Positions 1 through 10,867 of a stretch of 64,000 nt of DNA are shown here, piece after piece (the first letter of the stretch is position 1; each line of letters begins with the position of its first letter). The position numbers and the translations under genes are program-made. The notes below the pieces were generated by a model. The model did not search any database, was not told the DNA's origin, and saw only the letters and a program-made list of their open reading frames with translations. The stretch spans positions 14,384,001 through 14,448,000 of the forward strand of contig NC_043016.1 of assembly GCF_006345805.1 (NCBI RefSeq). Reading direction: 5' to 3'. Origin of the DNA: Octopus sinensis. Taxonomy: Eukaryota.

Positions 1-149
1 GTCAAACCAAGGGTACGGTAGAAGACACTTGCCCAAGGTGCCATACAGTGGAACTGAACCTGGAATCATGTGGCTGGAAGTAAACTTCTTACCACAGAGC
101 CACACCTAGGCCTACATGATAATCAGAGATTTTTAGCAAGTTGAAAATT

Positions 150-1100
150 TTAAACTTTTTGCTGTTTATTTGATGTAAAGGTGAAGAATTGCAAGACTTT
201 CCTTGATACTGTAAGTATCATTGCCTTGGTATTGTTGCTCAAGACTATTGGTTATCATATCCACATTGAAGATATTTTGAAGGTGATAAGTCATAAAAAC
301 AGTATACGTCTGATGTGGTTTTGTGGGCTGTGTTGATAAAGACTGTGTGTAGCATGTTAACGGGGACAGACAGTTGGTTATAATTTGCATAACTGTATGC
401 ACATATGATTAGGAATAACGGTGAGGAGGTTGGTATTGAACGAGTGGAAGAGGAGAGGGTAGAAGACACAAGCTTAATAAAATGCAGATCAAAACAGCCA
501 TGTCAGCACATACTACAATTTTCAAATTTCCAATACAATATTCATGAGTTTTAGGAACCAGAAGAATTTTACATAGTGCTGGTTCTAAAGAAATGGTACT
601 GTTGCCATTGAAAGACCCATTGTTTAGGACTGTTTTACCTTTGGTAGCATGGTGATTAATAAAAGTAATAAACACTATCATGACCAGCTGTTGGTAGTTT
701 TAGATTTTTTTCATTGGGGAAGGTAAACTTAGAAACAGAGATTTCAAGAGATGTTTGTTGAGGTTGCACTCCATAGAATTGGAAACAAAATAAACATCAA
801 ATAGGATATTTCATCTGCAGGTTAGGTAATTTGTGGAAATGGTGGAAGTGGGTAGATTCTGTTATTTGAGAGGTCTGAGAGCTTAGAGGTAATGTAATTC
901 ATGAAAACATTCTTTACTGTCCTGATGAATGCGATGGGTTGCAAAACAAGATGAAAATCTTTGTTATTAACAACCTCGTGGGAGAACTTTGTGATTGGGA
1001 AGGCAGGTTCAGAATGAAGTTGGAATATAACATACCTAAGAATGGACAGTTGATAAAGAATAGAGCTATAGTATAAGGGATTTAGGACTTAAATGGAATA
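150..1100 (-). mobile_element. Highly degenerate LINE (CR1-like) remnant
   Basis: Coding-like composition on the minus strand with faint RT-thumb resemblance (EYC); no intact motif. Confidence 0.3.
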
Positions 1101-1145
1101 AGTGGCATTAGTTGCTTTGACTGTTATATGGCATTAGGTATTTGT

Positions 1146-1367
1146 TTAACCCTTTCAATACCAACCTGGCTGAAAATGCCTCTGGCTCTGTAGTACAAAT
1201 ACCTCATTTTCAAAAGTTCCAAATTAAACCAAATCTTAGTCACAATTTATGTTCCAAACACTAGCTTAATGATAACTAAGATATTTTACTAAATTCTTTG
1301 TTATATTTAAAATTAATTGAAAGAAACACAGAACATCTTAACAGAAATATGGTAAGAAAAGGGTTAA
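1146..1367. mobile_element. piggyBac-like MITE family E (TTAA-ccctt..atacc ... ggtaa.aaaaggg-TTAA). Other copies: 3980-4206(rev), 35840-36028, 44056-44287, ~47295-47450
   Basis: TTAA flanks, short TIRs, shared interior. Confidence 0.75.
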
Positions 1368-1864
1368 AGGACTTAGTTTAAACTCCATGCCCATGACTTC
1401 ATATGCTGATGGCAAGAAAGCTGAACAGCAGAAAGTCTTCAGAGAAGAAACTCCACTCATGCCCTTAATTTCTCACACTTTAAGGGGGTCAGGCTATATC
1501 CAGGTTTTAACCCCTGGGTTCCCTTCTGCTGACACTTTTTAGCCACTTGGATATCAGAGATTTACTCTTTTCACTTCAATGTTCTCCAGTTTATTGTATG
1601 AGACACAGTTGGGTAGTCTGGGAATGTTGAATATTCTCCATGGTCCAGTCTGATTCTGTCTGCTGCAGGTTCTGTGTTAGCAAAAGGTGGTGGTAGTTTC
1701 ATTGAGGGACTGAAATGTACAGATATTAAGTGTAAGAGTGGGAGAATTGTGAAACAGATTATGTTTAAAACTTGTGTGTTTGTGTGTATATGTATGCATA
1801 TGTGTGTGTTTGTGTATGTTTATAGAACTTGAACTTATGTGAATAGATATTTTGTGTCTGTCCA

Positions 1865-1910
<46 letters not shown>
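1865..1910. repeat. Microsatellites (representative). (TA)n 1865-1910, 7506-7537, 17400-17445, 29378-29412, 57640-57698; (TG/CA)n 4355-4393, 5137-5170, 52575-52630; (AGT)n 8550-8586; (TTA)n 10798-10863, 37414-37446, 37612-37648, 60998-61027
   Basis: Direct reading. Confidence 0.9.
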
Positions 1911-1914
<4 letters not shown>

Positions 1915-2274
1915 ATAAAAGATTGTGGGTTAGGCCAAAACAATGCAAAGTAAATGCAAGGTAAATCACAAGAAAACAAATATGTGAATTAATGTAGACT
2001 TATCTTGTATTCAATATTTTGGGGTTATGATCCCATTTTCAAGAAATTAATGAATGTTGCCGATATGCATGTGTGTGAGTACGTGTAAAGTGGCATGTCC
2101 ATTCCACACATGTACATCGGCAGCATTTATCAATTTCTTGAAAATGGGGTCATAATCCTGAAATATTGAATACAAGGTAAGTCTAGATTAATTGACATAT
2201 CTGTTTTCTTGTGATTTTCCTTGCATTCACTTCACATTGTTTTGGCCTCACCCATGATCCTTTATACAATATAT
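1910..2274. repeat. Foldback / palindromic MITE-like element
   Basis: Arms ~1910-2078 and ~2103-2274 are reverse complements at roughly 85% identity by eye; abuts (TA)n. Confidence 0.85.
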
Positions 2275-2834
2275 TCTACACAGTGCTTCATAGTAATTAC
2301 TCCATACATATTATGTTGTTGTTTCTGTTATTATTAAACAACCTTGGTTTACTTTGATTGAACTGGTTAGTTGAATACTTGAAGATAGCCTTGATATGTC
2401 ATGCACCTGTCTGGTCTGAAATGATGCTGCATTGTGTCACGCTGGTAGGGTCAGTATATATATACATTGCAAAATTAGGACAGATATAACAATAATATTT
2501 GCTCTACAAAATCATACCTTTCTATGTGTTGAATGTCATTACCAGAAACAGCATTCTTTGCTCATACCCTGACCTAAACAGCTATCAACATCCAACTTGA
2601 TGAAGCAAAATAGGTTTCATTTATTCTAATCATATTATACTGTGTATGATATTAAAAAGAAACATAATACTACAATGTTGAATGGCTGAAAATTTATTTC
2701 AAATGGGTAAAAATTCATAAAAAAGTATGCCAGAGTGACTCTAAGTAGAGCAAAATATTATTATGTAGGTCATTACATTTTTACAGTTAACTGACCAAAT
2801 TGTTAACAGTTAGCAATGAGATATCAAAATAAAC

Positions 2835-3535
2835 ACATGGTTGATAGTACAATATTACCATATTTACCTGGTTTATAGAACAGAAGCACTGTCTATATCT
2901 AGTCAGAATAACACATTCATATTCAGCTGGTTGATAGAATATTTTTCTGATTAACAGAACAGCATTATCATATTTTACTATATGTATGTGGCTGATAGAA
3001 CATCATATTCAGTTGCCCTATATTTACCTGGTTGATAGAACAGTTGTACTATGTCTATCTCGCGATAGAACAGCTGCTTTATATGACATTTGGTTAATGA
3101 ATAACAACACCATATTGAGAGAACAGTACTATCATATTTTCTTGATTCATAGAACAACTGTGCTACATTTATGTAGTTGATAGAACAGCTGTGCAATATT
3201 TACCTGGCTGATAGAACAACTGTGTTATACTTATTTGCCTGATAGAACAGCTGTTCTATATTTACCTGGCTGATAGAATAGCTGTACTATATTTTATCTG
3301 GTTGATAGAACAGTTGTGTTATATGTATCTGATAGAACAGCTATACTGTATGTGAGTGATAGAACAGCTGTACTATATTTTAGCTGGTTGATAGAACAGC
3401 AGCACTAGATCTTTGTGGCTGATAGAACAGTTCTGCTATATTTTATCTGATTGATGAACAACAGTACTAAACTGAAAGAGCAGTACTATTATATTTATTT
3501 GGTTCATAAAATAACTGTACTATATTTTAACATCT
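2835..3535 (+). repeat. Degenerate ~30-bp minisatellite, ~20-22 units, core tgatagaacagctgt
   Basis: Repeated gatagaaca core at ~27-33 nt spacing. Confidence 0.9.
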
Positions 3536-3584
3536 ACTATTTCTAAAAAAATTTTTTAAACTCATATTTTGTATTTAATTTTAG

Positions 3585-3710
3585 AAGAAAGTCTGCATTT
3601 TGAAACGAAACTTACAAAGTGGGGGTATAGTTTCATCCCCAACCATTTCTCTTAATCCTCATCTTGTATTCGTATCAACTCTGGATGGATGTCTTTTTGC
3701 CTTAAACCCA
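3585..3710 (+). CDS. AASDH: AASDH exon, KKVCILKRNLQSGGIVSSPTISLNPHLVFVSTLDGCLFALNP
   Basis: Acceptor ttaattttag| at 3584, donor |gtaagt at 3711, 126 nt, phase 0/0. Confidence 0.88.
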
Positions 3711-5134
3711 GTAAGTTTGTTTTATTTGATTTCCCTGTTTACTACTAAAAGAAAAGAAGAAAAAAAAGTGTTTAGCCATGCTTTATCACGATGATGATAA
3801 GAATGTCAGCTGATTTGAAGTATTGCTGTGATAGTTATTATATTATTGTACAGATTTCAAATTCAAGGCATTATACAGCTTGTTGCTATGTTTATGTAGG
3901 TCACTATAGGCTTAGAAATTATGAAAAGCAGAAAATGTCCAGATTGGTTGCTCACTACAAATTCATTCAAATTTGCTAATTACCCTTTCGTTACTGTATT
4001 TCTGTTGAGATGCTCTGTGTATCTTCCAATTACTTTAAATATAACAAAGAATTTAGTAAAATAACTTTGCTATCATTCAGCTAGTGTAAGGAACATAAAT
4101 TGTGACTATGGTTTGGTGGAAGATTTTAATTCAGAACTAATGAAAACAAGACATTTGCATTCAAAGCCAGAGTCAGTTTCAGCCAGGTTGGTAACGAAAG
4201 GGTTAACTAAATAAAAACATTGTCTTTGAGATTTATATATATAAATATCATCATCATCATCATCATTTATTACCCATTTTCCATGCAGGCATGGGTTGGA
4301 TAGCTTGACAGGATCTGGCAAGCCAGAAGATTTTATGAAGTTCCACTGCCTATTATGTGTGTGTGTGTGTGTGTGTCTGTGTGTGTGTGTGTGTTAAAAG
4401 CATCATTTAAATATTGAGTTCTTTGTTTTGCTAGTGTTATATTTCTTAGAATAGCACCTATTAATATTTTTGTAAATTTTTGTAACATGCAAATGGAGTT
4501 AATTAATTGTCTCTATTAGAATATGAAGACAAATTGAAAAGTGATAGGTATCAGATATCTCAACCGGCACTTAGAGTTTGTATTGCTGTTGTAATAATAT
4601 AATAATATACGAATACAGCAGTAACTGAATTCTTCATGCATCACATGCTCATAGAGTTATTTCTCTTGCATTGTTTAGACGTCTGTGTGTCTCTGTGTTA
4701 TGTAATAATCCTACTTTATGACATGTCTTCTATTATTCATTTGCATTTACATCATCATTTAAAAAAATGTGTGTGCTCTGATTTGTGCCATCAAATTCTT
4801 GGTTGTGGAGGAGATGTTAGACATGTAAACGAAAATAAGAAACAAAATAAAAAAACAATTTCAATATAGATCTCATACAGTAGCTTACATATGAATAACA
4901 ACTATGTAATTGTATATAGGCATACCTACACAGGTGCAACCACTGGCTAAGTGATATCAAAGGAATTACCAGGAGTGATTTGTGTATATGATAATACACT
5001 GATGAATGGACTGGATAAATAATTTAATGAAATTATTATTTATCTCCTCTATAATATGACACCTGTTCTTGTCCCTGTATAATTCTTTATCCTGTCAGTA
5101 CCTGGTATAAAACCATCCCCTTCCTTACACCCCC

Positions 5135-5173
<39 letters not shown>

Positions 5174-7502
5174 AATTTTGGGGGCTTTTATCTCTCCTGT
5201 TCTTTTTCTGTCTTGCAACTTACTTCAGCAACCTCACTAGTGCTGGTGGCACAACAAAAATAATAATGCACCCAGTGCACTCTCTGAAGTGGTAAGCATT
5301 AGGAAAGGCATTCATCCATGAATCATTCACCAATAGTCTGCCAAAGCAAATTATTGGAGCATGAAGCAGGTCTGCTGCTTACCAGAGCCTGTCAAACTGT
5401 CCAACCCATATCAGCATGGAAAACGGATGTTAAATGATGGTGACAATGAAAACAACAACAACAACAATGATGAATTTAGATTACAGATACCGAACTATAC
5501 ATAAATGATTTAATTTCATTGCATTTTCTCTCTTTTAGTTTGACGGTGCCATCCAATGGCAATATACCTTCCACAAACCTCTGTTTACTACCCCATGTCT
5601 AACCAGCAAAGGAATCTTGATTGGCTGTGTTAACGAAAGTTTATATCACATAAATAACGAAGGCTCTTTGGTAAGGATTATTGTTTTTATGTTTCAACAG
5701 ACACTTTTATAAATGTCGTAATTACATAGGTTGGACAAGAAGTTATTGTGACCTGATCGCCATTTCATTAAACACTGCCAACAGTTAATCCTAACTATAC
5801 AAATACAATGCTGCTTACCTCAGTCAATCTGTTTGAATTAGATACACTCTCCAGCTTAACTTAGTAAACTTAGCTATAAAACAAGCACAACTTGCATGAA
5901 ACAATTCAATAATTGATATTGTAAAAGAATAAGGTATACCTCAATTTATGTCACTTTGAGCTACATTTTTTTAATGTTTTACTTTGTGTTCTTAAAGAAA
6001 TTAATGGAAAAAAAATAAATTTTGACTTTAGTTGATGTGTCCAATTTTATGTCAGTCTCAACAAACATATTTAAAAGCATAATATTAAAAACCCCACCTA
6101 AAAACCAACACTGGTGTGGAAAATCAAATAAAATACATGTGAATATATTATGTACAAATCATTTATTAAAACAGATGTAAGCTGTTTTAAAAGTTTTTTT
6201 TTTCATGTTATGTTGTTTCCAAGTTAAGTTGCATGTCTTGGGACTAATTACTGGTATAAGTTGAGATATGGGTTCAAAAATATATGCTTCAACAAATAAA
6301 AATAACACTAATATCTCATTTTAACAGATATATTTACCAAAATTACTTAAAATATCTTGAAATACTAAACAATAAATTTATTCAATAAAATCGCCATTGG
6401 CTTTAACCATGGCCTCCAGATAACTTCAGAATCTCCTGCAACTCTTCTGGACAGTCTCCTTGTTTAAGTTGGTGAATGCTGCCATAATCCTTACCTTCAG
6501 TTCATCTTTGATGTTACAAGGAGTTTTGTTGGTCTCTCGCTCAACTGTGCTCCACACATAATAATCAAAGAGGTTGCAATCTGGGGAGTTAGGTGGCCAG
6601 ATGTTAGGGGTGATGTGGTTGTAGAAATTGTCTGACAGCCATGACTGGGTTCTCCTGCTTGTGTGGCATGGTGCAGAGTCCTGCAGCCAGACATAAAGGT
6701 CTTCCTCTTGACCCAGGCCAGCACTACTTCCTCCAAGCACTTGATGTAGGCCTCCATGTTGAGTTTGAGGCTGTGTATGAAGATGAATGGAGGCTTAGCA
6801 TTACCATCACTAGCGACCACTCGAAACACCATGATATTGACTGGATGCTTGATTTTTATCACTCTCAGTACATGTCCTCAGATTGACATCCAAACACTCT
6901 GAAATGTTCATATTGGAGCTTCTTGTGCGAATGCCAAGAAGTACAGAATGTTGTTTCCAAATTTCTGGCAGAGTGAATTGTGTCATGGTGTTGTTTTTTT
7001 ATCTTACAGACAGTGCCCAACTGACCCTACTATACTATGTAGTCGACAAAATCCAAAACAAACAATGTGTGAACTTAAAAATATAAAGTAGTAACAATTT
7101 ACCCATCACACTCTGTATATATATATAATAATATTAAGGAATGGCCTTAATAGGCCATTCAACTCACTAAAACGAGCAGCCAAACTCAAACCGCTAAAAA
7201 GTAGTAATTCAGAAATCAAAGGAAAATTAAAAACATTTACCCTAAACATTTAATTTTAATTTTCCTTTGATTTCTGAATTACTACTATTTAGCAGTTTGA
7301 GTTTAGCTGTTCGTTTTAGTGAGTTGAATGGCCTATTAAGGCCATTCCTTAATATTATTGTTGAATGTACATTATATAGTCTGTTGACTATATTTTTTTT
7401 CTCACTAGACCACTGGTGCCGAAAAAATTTCTATTGAATTTTTTGCTACCCTTATATTGATATATATATATATATATATAAATATATAAACTGTACACTT
7501 TG

Positions 7503-7540
<38 letters not shown>

Positions 7541-8325
7541 GGTTGGCCAAAAGTCACCTGACAGTGAATCACAATTCCATAAATACTTAATATTCAATTT
7601 TATTTATTAATTCCAATTAAAACGTTTAATAATTAAATGTTGTGAGTTCAAATCACTGGTTTTTTTTTGTTTCAACATTTGTCTATTCATTAGCAAAGTC
7701 TCATATAAAAAATAATTTTTGGTTTTAATCTTGGAATTCAACAGCTTTGATTTACTGTCAGGTGACTTTTGGCCAACATTGTATATAGTGGAATAAATAT
7801 TTACTTTTGAATTGTTATTATTTTCAGATATGGGAAAGAAATACTGGAGGCGCAATTTTTTCCTCTCCAATTTGTATTCCACCTTCCAAAAATGATGGCC
7901 AAGAAATTATCATATGTGGATCTCATAGTCATTATGTGTTCTGTTTTACAATTGATGGAGAACTTTGTTGGAAAACAAATGTAAATTCTAGAATCTATGC
8001 AAGACCCTCAATCTTGAAGAATCTACATTTATTAACTTCTAATTCTAAGAAGCCTTTGAATTTACCTGTAAAAAGACATTATCAATCATCAGTTCTTAGC
8101 GAAGAAAATAATGAAAAGTCACTGAAATTAAATACCTGTACTGAGGATTTTAGTATTATCTTCTCAACTGATGGTAATTTGCATATTATTTGCATATCAT
8201 GTGGTTGTGTATTGGGTGATTTCACTTTACCAGGAGAAGTGTTTTCTTCACCTCTTATTCTGGAGACAAACATTATTGTTGGATGCCGAGATGACTGTAT
8301 TTATTGCTTAACAGTTTCTGAATAA
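3585..8325 (+). CDS. AASDH: AASDH / beta-alanine-activating enzyme (ACSF4), 3' part: exons 3585-3710, 5539-5670, 7828-8325; upstream exons lie outside the window or were not detected
   Basis: Three exons with AG/GT boundaries, all phase 0, join into PQQ-type propeller repeats (GGIVSSP..STLDGCLFALNP / KPLFTTP..IGCVNESL / GGAIFSSP..CGSHSHYVFC..LPGEVFSSPLILETNIIVGCRDDCIYCL*). This matches my recollection of the vertebrate AASDH C-terminus (..LPGEVFSSPVVLESMLIIGCRDNYVYCL). Confidence 0.9.
5539..5670 (+). CDS. AASDH: AASDH exon, FDGAIQWQYTFHKPLFTTPCLTSKGILIGCVNESLYHINNEGSL
   Basis: Acceptor ttttctctcttttag| at 5538, donor |gtaagg at 5671, 132 nt, phase 0/0; too short for the ORF track. Confidence 0.88.
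6378..7116 (-). mobile_element. Tc1/mariner DD37D (maT-type) transposon remnant with internal deletion
   Basis: Minus strand ATG at 6986 (MTQFTLPEIW) jumps to MVFRVVASDG..QDSAPCH..WPPNSPDCNLFDYYVW..GDFIE* (stop 6378); 37 residues counted between QD and FD; terminal ..catcacactctgTA near 7116. Confidence 0.85.
7127..7359. repeat. Near-perfect palindrome (106-bp arms, 21-nt spacer)
   Basis: Arms 7127-7232 and 7254-7359 differ at 4 positions when aligned as reverse complements. Confidence 0.95.
7538..7781. mobile_element. Tc1/mariner-derived MITE (244 bp)
   Basis: 28-bp TIRs cagggttggccaaaagtcacctgacagt / actgtcaggtgacttttggccaacattg (2 mismatches), TA on both sides. Confidence 0.88.
7828..8325 (+). 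CDS. AASDH: AASDH terminal coding exon (IWERNTGG...CLTVSE*)
   Basis: Acceptor ttattttcag| at 7827; in frame with ORF 7807..8325; TAA stop at 8323-8325. Confidence 0.92.
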   Translation: MWERNTGGAIFSSPICIPPSKNDGQEIIICGSHSHYVFCFTIDGELCWKTNVNSRIYARPSILKNLHLLTSNSKKPLNLPVKRHYQSSVLSEENNEKSLKLNTCTEDFSIIFSTDGNLHIICISCGCVLGDFTLPGEVFSSPLILETNIIVGCRDDCIYCLTVSE

Positions 8326-8403
8326 TAGTTTACTCCTCAACAAAAAAACAAAAAAATGAAATTGTAAATATATGTATATATATATATATATGTTTGTATT
8401 GTT

Positions 8404-8409
8404 AATAAA
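8404..8409 (+). terminator. Candidate AASDH polyadenylation signal AATAAA
   Basis: First AATAAA after the stop (78 nt downstream); further AATAAA copies near 8660-8690. Confidence 0.45.
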
Positions 8410-8547
8410 GCTTACCTCTTACTGTTTGAAATGTTTTCTCTCGCAATTTTTTGTTTTAGTTTTTTCTTTTTTTTCAAAGTTGTTCTTATTGTTATTGTTA
8501 CTACTACTACTACTTCGACTGGTGGTGGCAATGACAACAGCAGCAAC

Positions 8548-8587
<40 letters not shown>

Positions 8588-8852
8588 TGTGGCTTGTTGT
8601 TTTAAAAACAGAACAAATAATCTGTTTCATCAAATTATATTAAAAATGGAAAGAAAACCAAATAAAAGAATCACACAAATTGGGAAATAAAGTACACTGC
8701 ATTCTGCCTTTGAATATATCTATATACAAGTTTCTGAGTCTGGATACTGGCCTGGAGAAGTGAGTCCTCACTCCCATCATATATGCAATTAACCCTTTAG
8801 CATTCAGTTTAGTTTGTCAAAAGTAATGCTTATTACTCTTTACTCTTTACAC

Positions 8853-9240
8853 TTTTACTTGTTTCAGTCATTTGACTGCGGCCATGCTGGAGCACCGCCT
8901 TTAATCGAGCAACTCGACCCCAGGACTTATTCTTTTGTAAGCCCAGTACTTATTCTATAGGTCTCTTTTGCCGAACCGCTAAGTAACGGGGACATAAACA
9001 CACCAACATCGTTTTTCAAGCAATGCTAGGGGGACAAACACACACACATACACATATACATATATACATATATACGACAGGCTTCTTTCAGTTTCTGTCT
9101 ACCAAATCCACTCACAAGGCATTGGTCGGCCCGAGGCTATAGCAGAAGACACTTGCCCAAGATGCCACGCAGTGGGACTGAACCCGGAACCATGTGGCTG
9201 GTAAACAAGCTACTTACCACACAGCCACTCCTGCGCCTAT
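8853..9240 (-). mobile_element. tRNA-derived SINE family A (CORE-like), full-length copy. Other approximate copies: 1-110(-), 26870-27240(+), 28790-28990 and 29410-29560(-), 33240-33500(+), 34725-34850(+), 42075-42240(+), 48800-48960(+), 55070-55210(+), 60600-60700(-), 62040-62140(-)
   Basis: Head with pol III box-like tggctgtgtggtaag and ggttcagtccc, then cttgggcaagtgtctt; many dispersed copies in the window. Confidence 0.85.
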
Positions 9241-9609
9241 TAAGTCACTTTATTTTAAATTAATCACACATTATCTCATAACGTCAAGGTTTTTATGATC
9301 TGATTGCTTATATGTTTGCTATAGGGTAAGTGTGAGAGTTTAAATCTTGTCAGTTTGAACATAAAACTCATAAAATATTTCGGCTGGATATGGATGGATT
9401 AAATACTAAAGGGATAAATCATATCTTTGGCTTCTAATCCTAAAGAAACCTATTCTTCTTCGGGTCTAACCATAACTAATTCCTTAAAAAAAAAAAAATA
9501 ATAAATAAGAGAGACAATAAAAAAATATCATCATTAGGTTCTTTATTTGTTGACCCACAAGAAACCAAAAATTTGAATGTAGAGGGGAAAGGATTTCAAG
9601 GCATTTTAT

Positions 9610-9838
9610 TTAACCTTTAGCATTCAGATTACTCTGTCAAATGTAATGCTTATTCTTTTTCACGTTGTTTCCAATTAACTGCGCATTATCTTGAAGCTTT
9701 GGGATTTCAAAGATGGGATTGTTTATTTTTAGAATGACATTGTAGGGTAAGTGTGAGAGGCTGAATCTGGTTAGTTTAAATATAAAATAGGTAGGATATT
9801 TAGGCCAAATATGGCTAGATTAAATGCTAAAGGGTTAA
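9610..9838. mobile_element. piggyBac-like MITE family D (TTAA-ccctttagcatt ... aatgctaaaggg-TTAA, ~220 bp). Other copies: 8789-9417 (split by SINE), 25025-25240, 26580-26799(rev), 27739-28392 (trimer), 29590-29815, 38280-38482, 38996-39212, 44594-44817(rev), 61260-61684 (rev dimer), 63690-63750 partial
   Basis: Terminal inverted repeats starting CCC/ending GGG flanked by TTAA; conserved interior across copies. Confidence 0.8.
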
Positions 9839-10413
9839 AACTCTGATGAATCCACCAGTTCAGTTATGTGTGTGTGGGTATTATACAATCACACACACAC
9901 GCAATGTGTATGTATATGTGGAGGGAGAGAGAGAGAGAGAGAGGGATATCTTTGTTGAAAGATAGAATACTCTCTTGGCTGATAGAAGCTAAAGTCAATG
10001 AAATCAACTATTTACTTAGAGTAATATTTGTAAGAAAGAGAGAACATGTGTGTAGGTGTGTTTATGACAGACTAACAGATACTATTGATAGAATTGTTAG
10101 CATGCCAGACAAAATACTTAGTGGTGTTTCATCCATCTTTACGTCCTGAGTTCCAATTCCACTAGTATCAACATTGCCTTTCATCCTCCTGGGCCAATAA
10201 ATAAGTACCAGTTGAACACTTGAGTAGATGTAATTGATTTACTCCCTCCCACAAAACTGCTGGCCTTGTGCCAAAATTTGAAACTATTATATCCTAGTGC
10301 TTACTGATGTTTCACTCATGATTGTGAGATCATGATTTCAATTCCTAGACCAGGCGTTATGTTGTGTTCTTGAGCAATACACTTCATTTCAAGTTGCTCT
10401 GCAATCACTTCGA

Positions 10414-10483
10414 CACCTGACATGTGGTACACCTGACATGTGGTACACCTGACATGTGGTACACCTGACATGTGGTACACCTG
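10414..10483 (+). repeat. Perfect 16-bp tandem repeat (cacctgacatgtggta) x4.4 inside a SINE-like repeat (~10300-10600)
   Basis: Four identical units plus cacctg. Confidence 0.95.
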
Positions 10484-10808
10484 TGCACCTGTTCAGGTAA
10501 TGACGATTTGATGGAGAGAATGAACTAATGAACAGCACATACATTTGATTACTGTAAAAGCATCATTTGTGCAGGTCGTTTGGCAAAAGCTGATCATTTA
10601 TACATTGTCTTCACTGAGAAAGTCCATTATTATTATTTTTTTTTTCTTTTTATCTCAAGTTTTGTTGGAACTCCTGGAATCTTGTATGTGTAGCGGGCTT
10701 TCTTCCTGCAGCCTACAGTATCATGCTATCTTTTTTTAACTATCTAATACTTTCCTGATTATTCCATGCCAAAGAGGCAAACCTTTTGTAACAGTTTTTA
10801 TTATTATC

Positions 10809-10863
<55 letters not shown>

Positions 10864-10867
<4 letters not shown>

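Noticed and set aside
2835-3535. Repeat-spacer appearance suggesting a CRISPR array
   Set aside because: Cores are degenerate, spacers are short and related to each other, the context is a eukaryotic intron, and there are no cas genes; it is a minisatellite.
8500-8586. (ACT)5 and (AGT)n tracts that could pair in the AASDH 3' region
   Set aside because: Only about 15 bp of simple-repeat pairing, and it lies beyond the first AATAAA.
8372-8643. Overlapping poly-Ser/Leu/Val ORFs (also 1677-1979, 52455-52752, 57555-57872)
   Set aside because: Translations of microsatellites.
8853-9240. tRNA genes suggested by A/B-box-like motifs here and in SINE C copies
   Set aside because: No complete cloverleaf; the motifs are heads of multi-copy SINEs.
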